Shown: positions 10,028 through 20,917, numbered from the stretch's first letter. The stretch: DNA of 64,000 nt from a bacterium (GCA_963663405.2 CAXXSM010000109.1:8632-72631), one strand, 5' to 3'. Notes: generated by a model from the letters alone, not told the origin. Numbers and translations: made by a program.

Positions 10028-13000
10028 TTAAAGGCGGTTGATTTGGAGAATCTCTTCTCCGACTGTCTCTTGAGCTAATTCGAGAAGCCGTTCATGGTGG
10101 GTGAAATAGACAACTTGAGCCCGGTTTGAGATTTCAGCGAATAGACGCAACGCCGCGTTGGATCGTTCATCATCAAAATGAACAAGAACATCATCCAGAA
10201 TAAAAGGCATCGGCTCATGATTTTTGAGATATCGCTCCAAACTCGCCAGACGCAGCGAAAGATACAATTGATCGCGGGTTCCATCACTCATCCCATCGAC
10301 ATCAATGCGTTCCCCTGAACCGGAGCGAATCCCTTGAAGAACCAGTTGGTCTTTTTCGTTGAAATCCGTATCTAGTTTTTCGAATGAATTCAATGTCAAT
10401 TCCGAGAACAATTCTCCCGCGCGTAACAAAAGAGGCCCTTGGTTCTTCTCACGGTATAGTTCGATTTCACGGCGAAGCGCGGCGGACGCTAAGCGCACGA
10501 CGGTATATCGTTCCACTCCTGCCCGGATACGGGCCAAAATCTCCTGCGCCGTTTCCGCCGATTCCGCGGCTTTCGAATCTCCTCGCATCGATTCTAATTC
10601 CCGGCGTTCGGCGCCGATTGTTTCGCTGAGTTTTGACTGTTTATCCGTCAGTTCTCTAATCTGTTCCGTGATTCCAGCGATCTGGCTGTCAAGAACATCC
10701 GCGTCAGATGATTCCGCATCTTGGATGAGTTCATCCACTCCCATCCCATCACCGAGTTCGATCAATCGTTCTTCCAAATTACGGATATTCTGATCAATTT
10801 CCCGGGCTCGTTTGGATTTTCGCTCCGCTTCCGGCAATTCATCAAGTTCGTTACAATGAGCCTCACGTTGCAATTCATGAAGACAGGCGTTGGATTGGTT
10901 AATCTCGGTCCGGGCCTTCTCTAAAACTTTCGTCTTCTTTTCAAGCGATTCAATTAATCGAGTTTTTAAATCACTTTTCTTCCTAGCCTCATTTAACCTC
11001 ACATAAAGTTCATCAATGACTGACAAGGCTGGTTGATTGATTAGATCGGGCGCGGCCTTCTCCGCCAAGTCTTTTACTTCGGCAGAATACTGTTTCATTT
11101 CGCGGTTGATTCCATCGATTCGATCTTGAAATCCCCGCGCATCTTTTCTCTTTTCTAATGACTCCGCAATCTTACCAACAACAGCGTTTGCTACACCAGG
11201 AGAAGCTTCCCGGTTCAATCCGAGTGGTTTGACTGCATCGGCCCATTTTGTCCCCCACTGTAAGAGATCGAATTCAGCGCGTTTCTGGATTTGAATGTTT
11301 TTTTCGAGTTCCTTTTCCAGACCACTGACTTCAGTTTCAAAATTTTCACGATTTTTCGCGATTTGTTCGATCCGTTTTATCACCCGCCTCGCTCGTTCGA
11401 TTATTTGTTGCAACGATTCATCCTTAACGTCTTTCGGTTCTCCCAATGATTCCAAACATCTTCCCAGTTGAGACTGACATTTTTCAATACAAACCTTTAA
11501 CTCATTGATTTGTCTATGTTTATCTCTAAATTCCTCAGATTTATGTATAAGAGAATCACGCTTGCGCATCCAAGATCGCATTTCCTTAGGGGGAAGAGGT
11601 TCTGTTTCTAAGAAGCTCCATAAATTAGACCAATTATTCTGTATTTCCTTCTCTCTCTGATTTTGTCGATCGCGCTGATTTGAAAAATCTTCAATTCGTT
11701 GAATGCATTTCTCTCGTTCGATAACTAGTTGAGCATACGCCGCCGCGCGATCCGCTTCATTACGTAATTGATCTGAAACGTCATCCGCAGAAACCACACT
11801 CTTTTCGTATGCGCTGGAAAGCGGCAATCCTAATCCGAATGTATCTGCAAAACGTTTCGTTTCCTCTTGATTCTCTTTTTTCTCCAGCCATGCGGCTTTA
11901 ACCAACCGCCATCCTTCTTCCCGTTTTTCCCGCGCTTGAGTGAGTTCTTCTTCTAAAGGAACTTTTCCTTTGGATTGAATCTCATCCACTTTTTGATCGA
12001 GATCAGACTTCTTCTTTTCTTCATCTAAGATCAATCCATTGATCTTATTCAATTCATTCTTTGTTTCAGAGAATTCAGTTTCAAAACGGTCGATTGTTTC
12101 TTCCGGAGGAGCAGGCAGTTTTTCAAGACCTTCCAACGATCCATTCCATAATGGAAGCGCCTCTAGATTGATTCCGCATTCATCTTCCAGTTGCTGGCAT
12201 TCTCTCGCTGCGGTTTTCAACACAGTTTCCACATTTCCCTGTTCGAGGGCCGTCTGGATAGCGCTTTCAAGAAAATCGGTGTTTTTCGGCTCCTCCATAG
12301 ATTGAATTGTATTCTTCGCCTCTTCGATTTGCCGCTTTAGATCATCGATTTTCTCTTTCGAATCCTTGTTTTTGTTAATCAACGCTTGATACTGGCTGCT
12401 GAGTTCCGAAATCCGCGCTTTATCCTGCGCGGTCAACTGGAGCGCTTCCGCCTCTTTTGAATCGAATTGGGGATGGACTTCGTGTAAAATGGTTTCCGCG
12501 TCTCTTTCCGCCTGATCGCGTTGTGCGATTAGGTACGGAAGGTCTTTCTGTGCCTTATCCGGCCCTCCCCGATCTTTGTAGAGCCTCTCAATTGCATCGC
12601 TCCAACGCAGTATCGTTTCCGGAACGATAACATTTTCAATCTCTTTTTCGATTGTTTTGAGCGTTTCTTCCGTCTCTTTTTCAACGGTCCTTGCATTCAT
12701 GAGAGTTTGAACCGTTCCAACCCGTTCTTCGGTGAAATTCTCACGCAGGAGGGGAATTTCTCCCATCTCTTCACGCTCGCGGATCATCTCTTTCCGTTTC
12801 GCGGCCGGCACGAGAGATTTTTTTATGCGGTCCAATCGTTTATCTTCCCGCCGCAGAGCAGTCATTTCCTCATCGAGTTTCTCTTTTTGTACTAATGAAT
12901 TCTTAAGCGTATCATGATGATGCTGCCAATCCACGCTGGATAGAGAGGCGTCCCGGATCATCTTTTTAACATCTTTTAATTCACTGAGAGCCTGATTGAT

Positions 13001-13546
13001 TACAGGTTTTTGGGCGCGTTCGGCGAATAATTGCTTCGCTTCTTCATCCAGGTTGGAAAGAACACCGCGTAATCCAGAAATCCCCATACCAGCTGAAAAT
13101 AAGGCTTGCCCTGCGTCTCCTTCTCCGCTTAAGATATCTTTGCCTCCTTCCCGCAGTGATATGTGATTGATCCCAAAGAAGTTAGAGAATAGATCCGCAT
13201 TTACGCCGCTAAGCAGTTTTGTTAAAAAGGAATCGTCGAGTTTCTTCCGGTCGTTCTCATCCCTCAACGTGTTTTTATGCCCTTTCCGGCGGATAAAAGG
13301 GATCTCCGATCCATCCGCGAGCCGGATCGTGGCGCCGACGCGCAGGTCGTTATATCTATGTTTGAAATTATCCGGCGTGCGGGTGGGGATACCATATAAC
13401 AACGCTTTCAGCGCCCGCAGAGCGGTACTTTTCCCCGCTTCATTAGGCCCGAAAATAATATGCAGCCCTTCCCTGCCCTTTGATAGATCGAGTGTTTTCT
13501 TTTCAAACAAACCATAGGCGATCAAGTCCAGTTCAAGAATTCTCAT
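10028..13546 (-). CDS. yhaN: YhaN-like SMC/Rad50-type ATPase (AAA_27) with long coiled coil
   Basis: GPNEAGKST Walker A, MSDGTRDQLYLSLRLA signature, PFILDDVLVHFDD Walker B, YFTHH; start at MRILELDLIAYG. Confidence 0.9.
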   Translation of the reverse strand: MRILELDLIAYGLFEKKTLDLSKGREGLHIIFGPNEAGKSTALRALKALLYGIPTRTPDNFKHRYNDLRVGATIRLADGSEIPFIRRKGHKNTLRDENDRKKLDDSFLTKLLSGVNADLFSNFFGINHISLREGGKDILSGEGDAGQALFSAGMGISGLRGVLSNLDEEAKQLFAERAQKPVINQALSELKDVKKMIRDASLSSVDWQHHHDTLKNSLVQKEKLDEEMTALRREDKRLDRIKKSLVPAAKRKEMIREREEMGEIPLLRENFTEERVGTVQTLMNARTVEKETEETLKTIEKEIENVIVPETILRWSDAIERLYKDRGGPDKAQKDLPYLIAQRDQAERDAETILHEVHPQFDSKEAEALQLTAQDKARISELSSQYQALINKNKDSKEKIDDLKRQIEEAKNTIQSMEEPKNTDFLESAIQTALEQGNVETVLKTAARECQQLEDECGINLEALPLWNGSLEGLEKLPAPPEETIDRFETEFSETKNELNKINGLILDEEKKKSDLDQKVDEIQSKGKVPLEEELTQAREKREEGWRLVKAAWLEKKENQEETKRFADTFGLGLPLSSAYEKSVVSADDVSDQLRNEADRAAAYAQLVIEREKCIQRIEDFSNQRDRQNQREKEIQNNWSNLWSFLETEPLPPKEMRSWMRKRDSLIHKSEEFRDKHRQINELKVCIEKCQSQLGRCLESLGEPKDVKDESLQQIIERARRVIKRIEQIAKNRENFETEVSGLEKELEKNIQIQKRAEFDLLQWGTKWADAVKPLGLNREASPGVANAVVGKIAESLEKRKDARGFQDRIDGINREMKQYSAEVKDLAEKAAPDLINQPALSVIDELYVRLNEARKKSDLKTRLIESLEKKTKVLEKARTEINQSNACLHELQREAHCNELDELPEAERKSKRAREIDQNIRNLEERLIELGDGMGVDELIQDAESSDADVLDSQIAGITEQIRELTDKQSKLSETIGAERRELESMRGDSKAAESAETAQEILARIRAGVERYTVVRLASAALRREIELYREKNQGPLLLRAGELFSELTLNSFEKLDTDFNEKDQLVLQGIRSGSGERIDVDGMSDGTRDQLYLSLRLASLERYLKNHEPMPFILDDVLVHFDDERSNAALRLFAEISNRAQVVYFTHHERLLELAQETVGEEILQINRL

Positions 13547-14807
13547 ACCGCTCCCCCATTTCATGAAACCGCGCAACCAGCGTTTCCTTTACATTACTTA
13601 ATACATTTCGGAGATAATCAGGGTGTTTCAGATCGAGCGCGTCTGGCTCCTCTTTCAATTCATGAGGAATTTTTTTGATTAGATCGTCCAATTCTCCGCT
13701 CAATTCGATTAGCGCTTCTTCATTCGTCTCCAGATCGTCAAGGTACTGCAATAGATCATTCAACGGCCCTTCATGATCAATGGATTCAGGCAGACTGACA
13801 ACAGGAGATGTATTGAACTTGACCTTTTCAATCCAGATTGATTCTCCGCTTACAGCCGCCGCCAAACGGCGAATCTCATTCACCCATTTTTCACGAGCGA
13901 TAGCGAATTGTTCGTGAGCAGGACAGGGACCGTTTATTTCCACCCGCATGGCTATCGGGCGCCCGTCACTCTCTCCAAAAAAATCATTGATCCGATCTTC
14001 GATCAAATCGAGAATTCCCTCCCCTGTCTCTTCACCCGATGTATGCAGAATCATCTGTTCCCACCGCAGGGTGTCTAAATCCCGGTGTTCATATTCCACC
14101 TTGTGATCATCACTGACGGTGACTAAGGTACAGCCTTTATGCCCCGTTTCCCGGATATGACGGCCCTGGATATTTCCGGAAAAAAGAATGGGGGGATCTT
14201 TATGCAAAACTTCGCGTGTGTGAACATGCCCCAGCGCCCAATACTGATAGCCCTTCGACAATAAGCCATCTACTGTACAGGGAGCGTAGACATCATGTCC
14301 CTCCCGGCCTGTCGCGGAAGTGTGAAGCATTCCAATATTAAAATATCCAGACAGAGCGGAGGGGTATTTTTCCGTAAGATCGTCTTTGACCTCCCGTTTC
14401 AAGAAGCTCTGTCCGTGTATGGCCACGCCAAGATCGTCCAGTTTGACGGTCTCCGGTTTCCGGTCGGATAGCCTCTTAACATTTTCCGGCAAATTGAGAG
14501 ACCGTGTCATATGATTCATGGCGTCATGGTTGCCGGTGATGAGAAACACCCGAATTCCCGCTTCCCGCAGTTTCGACATCTGCCTGCAGAAAAACAAGCC
14601 CGTGTTATAATCCCTCCAATCCCCATCGTAAAGATCACCCGCAATACAGACGAATTGGACTTCCTCCTCCACAGCGAGATCAATCAAATTCTCCAACGCG
14701 CGCCGCGCCGCCTGTCGAACCCGTTCCACTGGAGCGCCTTCATACCGCTCCAATCCCCGTAGAGGGCTATCTAAATGAATATCCGCGGCATGGATGAATT
14801 TAAACAT
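13533..14807 (-). CDS. yhaO: YhaO-like SbcD/Mre11-family metallophosphoesterase (DNA repair exonuclease)
   Basis: HAADIHLD, AGDLYD, GNHD, YWALGHVH motifs; GGAGG RBS before ATG 14807. Confidence 0.92.
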   Translation of the reverse strand: MFKFIHAADIHLDSPLRGLERYEGAPVERVRQAARRALENLIDLAVEEEVQFVCIAGDLYDGDWRDYNTGLFFCRQMSKLREAGIRVFLITGNHDAMNHMTRSLNLPENVKRLSDRKPETVKLDDLGVAIHGQSFLKREVKDDLTEKYPSALSGYFNIGMLHTSATGREGHDVYAPCTVDGLLSKGYQYWALGHVHTREVLHKDPPILFSGNIQGRHIRETGHKGCTLVTVSDDHKVEYEHRDLDTLRWEQMILHTSGEETGEGILDLIEDRINDFFGESDGRPIAMRVEINGPCPAHEQFAIAREKWVNEIRRLAAAVSGESIWIEKVKFNTSPVVSLPESIDHEGPLNDLLQYLDDLETNEEALIELSGELDDLIKKIPHELKEEPDALDLKHPDYLRNVLSNVKETLVARFHEMGERYENS

Positions 14808-14930
14808 TTTTCCTCCAAACGATGTTTTGCCGTAAATCCGGGTGGTGGGTTCTTTTATCATCGAAGATATCAGGAGGATTGTCAATCAACAAGTCACATT
14901 GGCTAATGGTTCATTTGGTTTGTAATTTTT

Positions 14931-14982
14931 TTTGTCTGAATCTGGATAGACAGGATATTCAGGATTTACTGGATGAAGATTT
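14931..14982. repeat. Single arm of a dispersed repeat (tttgtctgaatctggat followed by 9-nt periodic ggat units)
   Basis: 18-nt exact match (tttgtctgaatctggata) to the reverse complement of 38356-38373, followed by ggat every 9 nt. Confidence 0.7.
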
Positions 14983-15147
14983 AGATCGTTCGTTGGTTCA
15001 ATGTATTGCCATTTCATTGAATGCGTTTTGTTATTTTTGTTATTATGGATAGGACACCCACGCTCCATATCCATTAATCATTATTTTTTAGATTTCGCAT
15101 TTTCACTAAACGAAACCGGCTCGGAAGCGTCTCTACTTATAAAAAAT

Positions 15148-15201
15148 AACGGCATCCGCCGATATTTCGTCTTGACAAATCGGCAATTGCCGATATACAA
15201 T
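15148..15201 (+). promoter_or_regulatory. Sigma70 promoter with palindromic operator(s) for the BlaI-like repressor
   Basis: TTGACA (15172)-18 nt-TACAAT (15196); perfect palindrome atcggcaattgccgat (15179-15194) in the spacer; related aacggcatccgccgat at 15148-15163. Confidence 0.75.
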
Positions 15202-15262
15202 CTCATTTGAAATCGATTTCAGTGATGACGAGCAGTACAAAATGTATTTGGGAGAGTTAGGA

Positions 15263-15655
15263 ATGTCCAGTAAAAAAATCCGTATCCCAGATTCGGAACT
15301 TGAAGTGCTTCACGTGCTGTGGGAAAAAGGGCCCTCCACGGCGCGGGATATCCGCGAAGCGCTTGAAGCGGCGAAGGGGCAGGAACTGGCTCATTCAACG
15401 GTCGTCTCTTTCATTCAGCGCCTGAAAAAAAAAGGCCACATCGAACGCACGGGGGAGCAGGTGGGAAAAGCCTTCGTGTACCGGGCGAAATTAAAACCGG
15501 ACAACGCGCGCGATCATTTCGTGAATAAGTTCATCTCGCGATGGCTTGGCAGCGATATGGTTCCGGTTTTGTTTCAACTGATTGAAAGCAGCGATTTGAG
15601 CCTGGATGAGATCGCCCAACTGCGTGAGAAAATTGGACCGGGAAGAACACCTTAA
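15263..15655 (+). CDS. BlaI/MecI/CopY family transcriptional repressor
   Basis: SELEVLHVLWEKGPSTARDIRE...LAHSTVVSFIQRLKKKG...GKAFVY. Confidence 0.92.
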   Translation: MSSKKIRIPDSELEVLHVLWEKGPSTARDIREALEAAKGQELAHSTVVSFIQRLKKKGHIERTGEQVGKAFVYRAKLKPDNARDHFVNKFISRWLGSDMVPVLFQLIESSDLSLDEIAQLREKIGPGRTP

Positions 15656-15669
15656 AAAGGAGCGGAACA

Positions 15670-17539
15670 ATGATTGTTGAGTATTTCTTCTCTTTCGCCG
15701 ATCCTTGGTGGAGTTGGGCGCTCGCTTGTTTATGGAGCGCGCTTCCCCTATATCTATGCGCGGAACTCATTGTGCGATTCGCACGATGGATTTCTCCGCA
15801 GATCAAGCATCTTATCCTGCTCGTTGTATTAATGAATTGCGTGACCTACCCGTTATGGACATTCACTGTTCCATTGTATTCACTAAAGGAAACGGTTGGG
15901 AAATCAATCACCGGAGAAGATCGCATTAGAACAAAACAGTCCGCAAACCGAACCGGTCGAACTCGATCGTATACGGCAAGAGTCAAGCATGCGGCCTGCG
16001 GCAACTAGTGGACGGCAGCCGGCGCCGTTTCATCAGATCATATTCTTGATCGGTCTAACCGGGAGCATGGTTCTGTCGATCGTCATCGCGGTCAAACTGC
16101 TGCAGATCGCATGGCGCGTCAGGCAGTTCACGCCGCGACGAACGCTTGACAGAAGTTTGCGCCAGTCTTTGCAAAAGGCTGGGCATGAAAGCGCCTTGTG
16201 TCTATGTTTCAAACTCTAATATTCTTCCCAGCGCGGTTGGGATTCTCTCACCCTGTTTGATTTTTCCAGAACAGATTTTACGGAAAAACGGTCATGAACT
16301 GACGTCGATTGTGGCGCACGAATTGGCGCATTTGAAACGGCGCGACTGTCTGGTCAACTGGTTTCAACTGACGCTGACCACCGCTATGTGGTGGAATCCA
16401 ATCGTAGCCAGAGTCAATCACCTTCTGCGTTGCGAGATGGAACACTGCTGCGACGATTTCGTCCTGCGCGCAACCGGCATTTCACCATACCGGTTATTCC
16501 ACTGTTTTACTGGACGTGGCGAAAGAACATGTCCAGAACCGGATTCATGGGTGGATACCCGCATTCGCTCCACCCAAACATACCATTAACGAACGAATAA
16601 GGAGAATTACCATGTTTAACGCAACAAAAAAAACGTTATTCCATTCGAAGTGTATCGATCCTCGTGTCATTCATCGCCGCGTCACTGGTTGGATTCCAAA
16701 CCGTCAGCCGCCCAACAAGATATTGTGATTCATGAGACGGGATTATGGGACGATCCAAGTTGAAGAGATTTCCAAGCAAATTAGAAATGTTGGAAACGCT
16801 ATTGGAGGCCAAAAAGAAACAGGATCCAAAGATTCAATCCAAAGAGATGCAGAAGGCATTACACGAATTTACGACAGCTTTAAACAATCTCGGTGAAGCT
16901 ATCTTAATCGAAGATAAAATTACAAGAGGATTAATCAAAGACAAAGAAGATTTAATCAACAAGGAAAAAACACTCAAAATTCAAATCTTGGAAGCGTATC
17001 GCAACGACAAACAAAAGGAAGCCGAACAATATGAGAAGGAATATGTCGAACTCATGCTGCCTCAGATTGTCGATCCGGCCTTTTTGGGTGATGAAGACCT
17101 AGTGGAAAGGATGAATAAACCCGGCACGTTTATGCGGGATCTCATCGGCAGGACGTACGCTGAAATCCGTTCGCTCAAATGCGCGATCGAGGCGATCCAT
17201 ATTGACTATAAAAAACTTCCCATCCCGATCGAAGGAAATCGCATCGATCAGGCAGGCATAAAAACGGAATGGGAAGGCAAGAAGATCACTGCGCGGATCA
17301 ATGATCCAATCATGTATATCAGTTCGATTCCCGCGGATCCATTTGATTTATCCGGCGCCTATTACGCTTATTTCAGCGATGGGAAAACCTACATCCTCTC
17401 ATCGATGGGACCGGATGGGGATTTCGATTACGATGTATCGAAATACAAGGGCGAAAGCCTCGAAGAACTGAAACCATATATCTTTAACATTGAAAACGGT
17501 TTTGCGAGTTCGGGAGATATTATTGTAGTCGGCCCATAA
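15670..17539 (+). pseudogene. BlaR1/MecR1-like M56 metallopeptidase sensor with C-terminal pilin(GspG)-like domain, split by several frameshifts (probably sequencing indels)
   Basis: Fragments: TM N-terminus (15670), PSAVGILSPCLIFP, AHELAHLKRRD, WWNP, EMEHCCDD, INERIRRI, a TM segment, then the 16745-17539 ORF ending SMGPDG...NGFASSGDIIVVGP. Confidence 0.75.
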
Positions 17540-17564
17540 TCGATTCACTCTAAAGAGAAAGACT

Positions 17565-17599
17565 GAAAGGGAACGTGGATCGCGTTCCCTTTCTTTTTT
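17565..17599 (+). terminator. Rho-independent terminator
   Basis: gaaagggaacg...cgttccctttc hairpin followed by T run. Confidence 0.85.
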
Positions 17600-17801
17600 C
17601 TATGAGGTTTCAATTCACATTACACTCAATGCGCTCAACAATTGCGCTCTAGCGTACGAGCGAACAACTGCATTTGTATTTCCTATCTCAACTAAAAAAA
17701 ATAAAATAATACACGCAAAAACAACATAATCCCGTTTCTTATTAGTGAAGACACGATCGATGATTCATGAATCATAAATCAACAGAGATGGAAAAGCGAA
17801 C

Positions 17802-18344
17802 TTGAATGACAAACTGAAAGTCTATCAACACTATATCGAACCGATCCGGAACCGCATGATCCAAACGATTTGGCGGCTGACGCGTAATGCGGATGATACG
17901 GAGGATGTTATACAGGACGCGTTGGAGCGGATTATCAAAGTGATTCCAAAACTCGAAAAGCATCCTAATCCAACCGCCTATATCCTGCGGATCTGCATCA
18001 ACACCGCCCACGATCATCTCCGCCGGAAAAAGAATTGGGTATTGTTAGAGGATCAGAATCCCACAGCGTTCAATCAAATCAGCATCACTCCCACTCCCGC
18101 GGAATCACTTGTGTGGAAGGAGAGAATACAGGACGTTCTCGCCGCCATTCGTAGACTGCCGAAACGGGAAATGGAAGCGTTGATCCTCTTGGTTTTCGAA
18201 GAGTTTACTTATCCTGAAATCGCCCTGGTCATGGATTGCCGGGAGAGTTCGATCCGCTCCATGATCGCTAAAGCCCGAAAACGCCTTTCGCGGTGGATCG
18301 GAGAATCCGCATCGCTTGATACTTTGGAGGTTCAAGAATCATGA
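17802..18344 (+). CDS. ECF RNA polymerase sigma factor
   Basis: DTEDVIQDA, AYILRICINTAHDHLRR, RLPKREMEALIL...FTYPEIA...ARKRL. Confidence 0.92.
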   Translation: MNDKLKVYQHYIEPIRNRMIQTIWRLTRNADDTEDVIQDALERIIKVIPKLEKHPNPTAYILRICINTAHDHLRRKKNWVLLEDQNPTAFNQISITPTPAESLVWKERIQDVLAAIRRLPKREMEALILLVFEEFTYPEIALVMDCRESSIRSMIAKARKRLSRWIGESASLDTLEVQES

Positions 18345-20917
18345 AAGAGATAAGGGATAACAATAATAATATAGACCGCGTCGTAAAAGAAATCCTGGAT
18401 GGAAATGTTCCCCACAACATTCAGTCGAAAGCCATAGCCCGTTTCGAAGCCGTCAAACAACGATTGGAACAAGAACCATCAGGTTCTAAGTATGGCTGGT
18501 TCCGGTTGAGTTGGGCGGGCGCGGGAATGATGGGAACATTGTTGGGAATCTTTATATTAAGTATGATTCTCAATCAATCCAACCTGACCTGGGCGGAAGT
18601 GGAAAATCGGTTTCAATCCGTCTCGTTCTTCAGCGCCACAGCCTATTTCACCGATAATCCCAACGAGAAACCCGAAAAAATCGAAATGTGGATGGGGAAC
18701 AACGGCAAATGCCGATTGCATAAAGAAGGCATGATCTATTTCGGAGAAAAAGGGAAATTGATCCAAGCGATTCACGCGCAAACCGGCCAACCATTCGAGC
18801 CGGGACGACAGGATGAAGCGATAGAAATGATTCGTATGCTGGGAGGCATGGAAAACTTTTCCCTGGATGGAATCTTGAAAACATTTTGCGGCAAAATCAC
18901 TCTATCAGAACCCTTAGAGAACAAGGAACTTGGACTCTCTAAAGACATGACAATCTTTGATATCACCAACGACCGAACACCAGAATGGATGCGGATCTGG
19001 GTGCTGAAAACAAGTGGACTGCCGGTCAGGATGAGGCATTGGGATCCACGGCAGGCGGAATCGATGGATGTAGTCTTCGACTATATGATAGAACAGCCCG
19101 AAGAAGCGTTCGATCCAGAGATCTATCAGAAGACGCTCCGGTCAGCGAATAATGGATGGGGCAATCAAGTCTACGCGTTGTTAAAAGATCCCGGCGGCCG
19201 CGCGATGACTCCACAGGATGTGTTTGACGACACCGGCTACCACATGCCCATAGTAAAAGAGATTGGGATGACGGATGAAGGTGTAGTATGGGTTCTATCC
19301 ACAAAAAGCAGTAACCAAGCGCCCGATGGACGAACAATCGAAGGATTTGGTGAATTAACCGACGATCTCAGTCAAGAGTATATCTTCACTCCATTAGGAC
19401 ATCGTTACAAAGATGATCTGGCCTTGGAATATTACATCCCCTATGCATACCGGATCGATTACCAGAAACCAAAAAAATTAATCCTAACCGCGACGACCCA
19501 GCCCGATCATCAGCAGCAAGTATATGATGTCATCGGAACATTTAAATTTGACGAATGGGTGGAATCCAACCCGCTTCCCGATCCGCTTATCCAAGGGATA
19601 AAAATCGACTGCCTTAAAGAAGTTATCCAGGAAGCCAGTTATAACCACGATTGGGATCGATTCGACACACTGCTGTCTATGATCCCCGGTGAACCGGAAG
19701 AAAGCGAAGACGCGTTTTACCGGGACAACCAGCGGCTCGATAAACTCATGATCATGGATAAAAAAGAAGAAGCGTTTCCACTCGCGCGACGCCTGTTCTC
19801 GATCATCCAAAACGATCTGGAGGATTGGGAAAAAGATTATAGTCAGGAAGCGTTTCGGCGCACAAAATTGATAGAGGATTACATCCTTCTTTTATGCGCC
19901 AGAGGGGAAGAAGAGGAAGCGCAAAAGTGGATTCGCATCCAGAAAAAACGCCTCAAAGCCCTTACAAACCAAGGCAATTACGATGCGGAAGCTGGTTTTC
20001 TCTCCGCGATGGCCAACATGCTTCATGACCGGTACCGGTGGAGTATAGACCGTATCATTCAATTACTGGAAACGGACATTCATGAAGAACGGATCAAACA
20101 ATATCTATCATCCTTCATTCATCAAAAACCGGCAAACGAGCAACCGGCCTATCAACCTTGGTTAAAATTCGCACAAAAAGTATTTGAACAGTACAAAGAA
20201 CTTGAGTTCCCCGAAACACTCGAAATCGCCCGGATCGATCAACGTTTTGATGTTAGTCATCCAACCTATCCGATCGCGTTTCCCGATCATCCTGATTACG
20301 TATTGATGTTGTATAATGGTTCCTGGGACAGTATCGCCCGTGGATACGCGCTCACGCATGGCAAAGATCACCGTCTGGTCCGTATAGGCGATGAATTGAA
20401 AGAGGAGAAAATTTATCTTCCACTCGTGATTCATGAAAATGTAACCCACAAGGACCGCTTCGATTGGATTCTTCAACACAACGGTGTAGAAATCATTGAG
20501 AAACCGGAAATCCACACAGTATGGGTGGCGAAATACGATAACCGTCCTCTCCCAAAATGGCGTAAGGTCCGCCCAGCGGATGGTAGTCATTTAAACCGCA
20601 ATCCCATCGCGCGGGGAGGTGGAACAAGCACATCCATCACCTCTCTCTTAGAAATATTCGAACGGATCGCCAATGGAAATCAGTGGCAAAATACAATTGA
20701 TGATGATCCAGTAATCATTCTCGACGAAACCGGTCTGCCTACCAAACCAGGAGAAAACCAAACTCCCGGCAGCATCTGCATCACCTACAGCTACGCTTTC
20801 TGGGATGGAGAAGACGGGATGCAATTATCTAAGGACTGGTTTGCCAACACATTCGGAATCACCTTCCATGAAGAGGAACGTGAGCTGATTGTATTGGAAT
20901 TTCAGAAGAAAAAATAA
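18341..20917 (+). CDS. Large single-pass membrane protein, putative anti-sigma factor
   Basis: Overlaps the sigma stop (ATGA); short cytoplasmic N-terminus, TM at about aa 56-77, LTWAEV motif, about 780 aa extracytoplasmic region. Confidence 0.7.
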   Translation: MKEIRDNNNNIDRVVKEILDGNVPHNIQSKAIARFEAVKQRLEQEPSGSKYGWFRLSWAGAGMMGTLLGIFILSMILNQSNLTWAEVENRFQSVSFFSATAYFTDNPNEKPEKIEMWMGNNGKCRLHKEGMIYFGEKGKLIQAIHAQTGQPFEPGRQDEAIEMIRMLGGMENFSLDGILKTFCGKITLSEPLENKELGLSKDMTIFDITNDRTPEWMRIWVLKTSGLPVRMRHWDPRQAESMDVVFDYMIEQPEEAFDPEIYQKTLRSANNGWGNQVYALLKDPGGRAMTPQDVFDDTGYHMPIVKEIGMTDEGVVWVLSTKSSNQAPDGRTIEGFGELTDDLSQEYIFTPLGHRYKDDLALEYYIPYAYRIDYQKPKKLILTATTQPDHQQQVYDVIGTFKFDEWVESNPLPDPLIQGIKIDCLKEVIQEASYNHDWDRFDTLLSMIPGEPEESEDAFYRDNQRLDKLMIMDKKEEAFPLARRLFSIIQNDLEDWEKDYSQEAFRRTKLIEDYILLLCARGEEEEAQKWIRIQKKRLKALTNQGNYDAEAGFLSAMANMLHDRYRWSIDRIIQLLETDIHEERIKQYLSSFIHQKPANEQPAYQPWLKFAQKVFEQYKELEFPETLEIARIDQRFDVSHPTYPIAFPDHPDYVLMLYNGSWDSIARGYALTHGKDHRLVRIGDELKEEKIYLPLVIHENVTHKDRFDWILQHNGVEIIEKPEIHTVWVAKYDNRPLPKWRKVRPADGSHLNRNPIARGGGTSTSITSLLEIFERIANGNQWQNTIDDDPVIILDETGLPTKPGENQTPGSICITYSYAFWDGEDGMQLSKDWFANTFGITFHEEERELIVLEFQKKK

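Noticed and set aside
14886-15074. 62-aa ORF containing HPVNPEYPVYPD
   Set aside because: It is the translation of the 9-nt periodic DNA repeat, not a credible gene.
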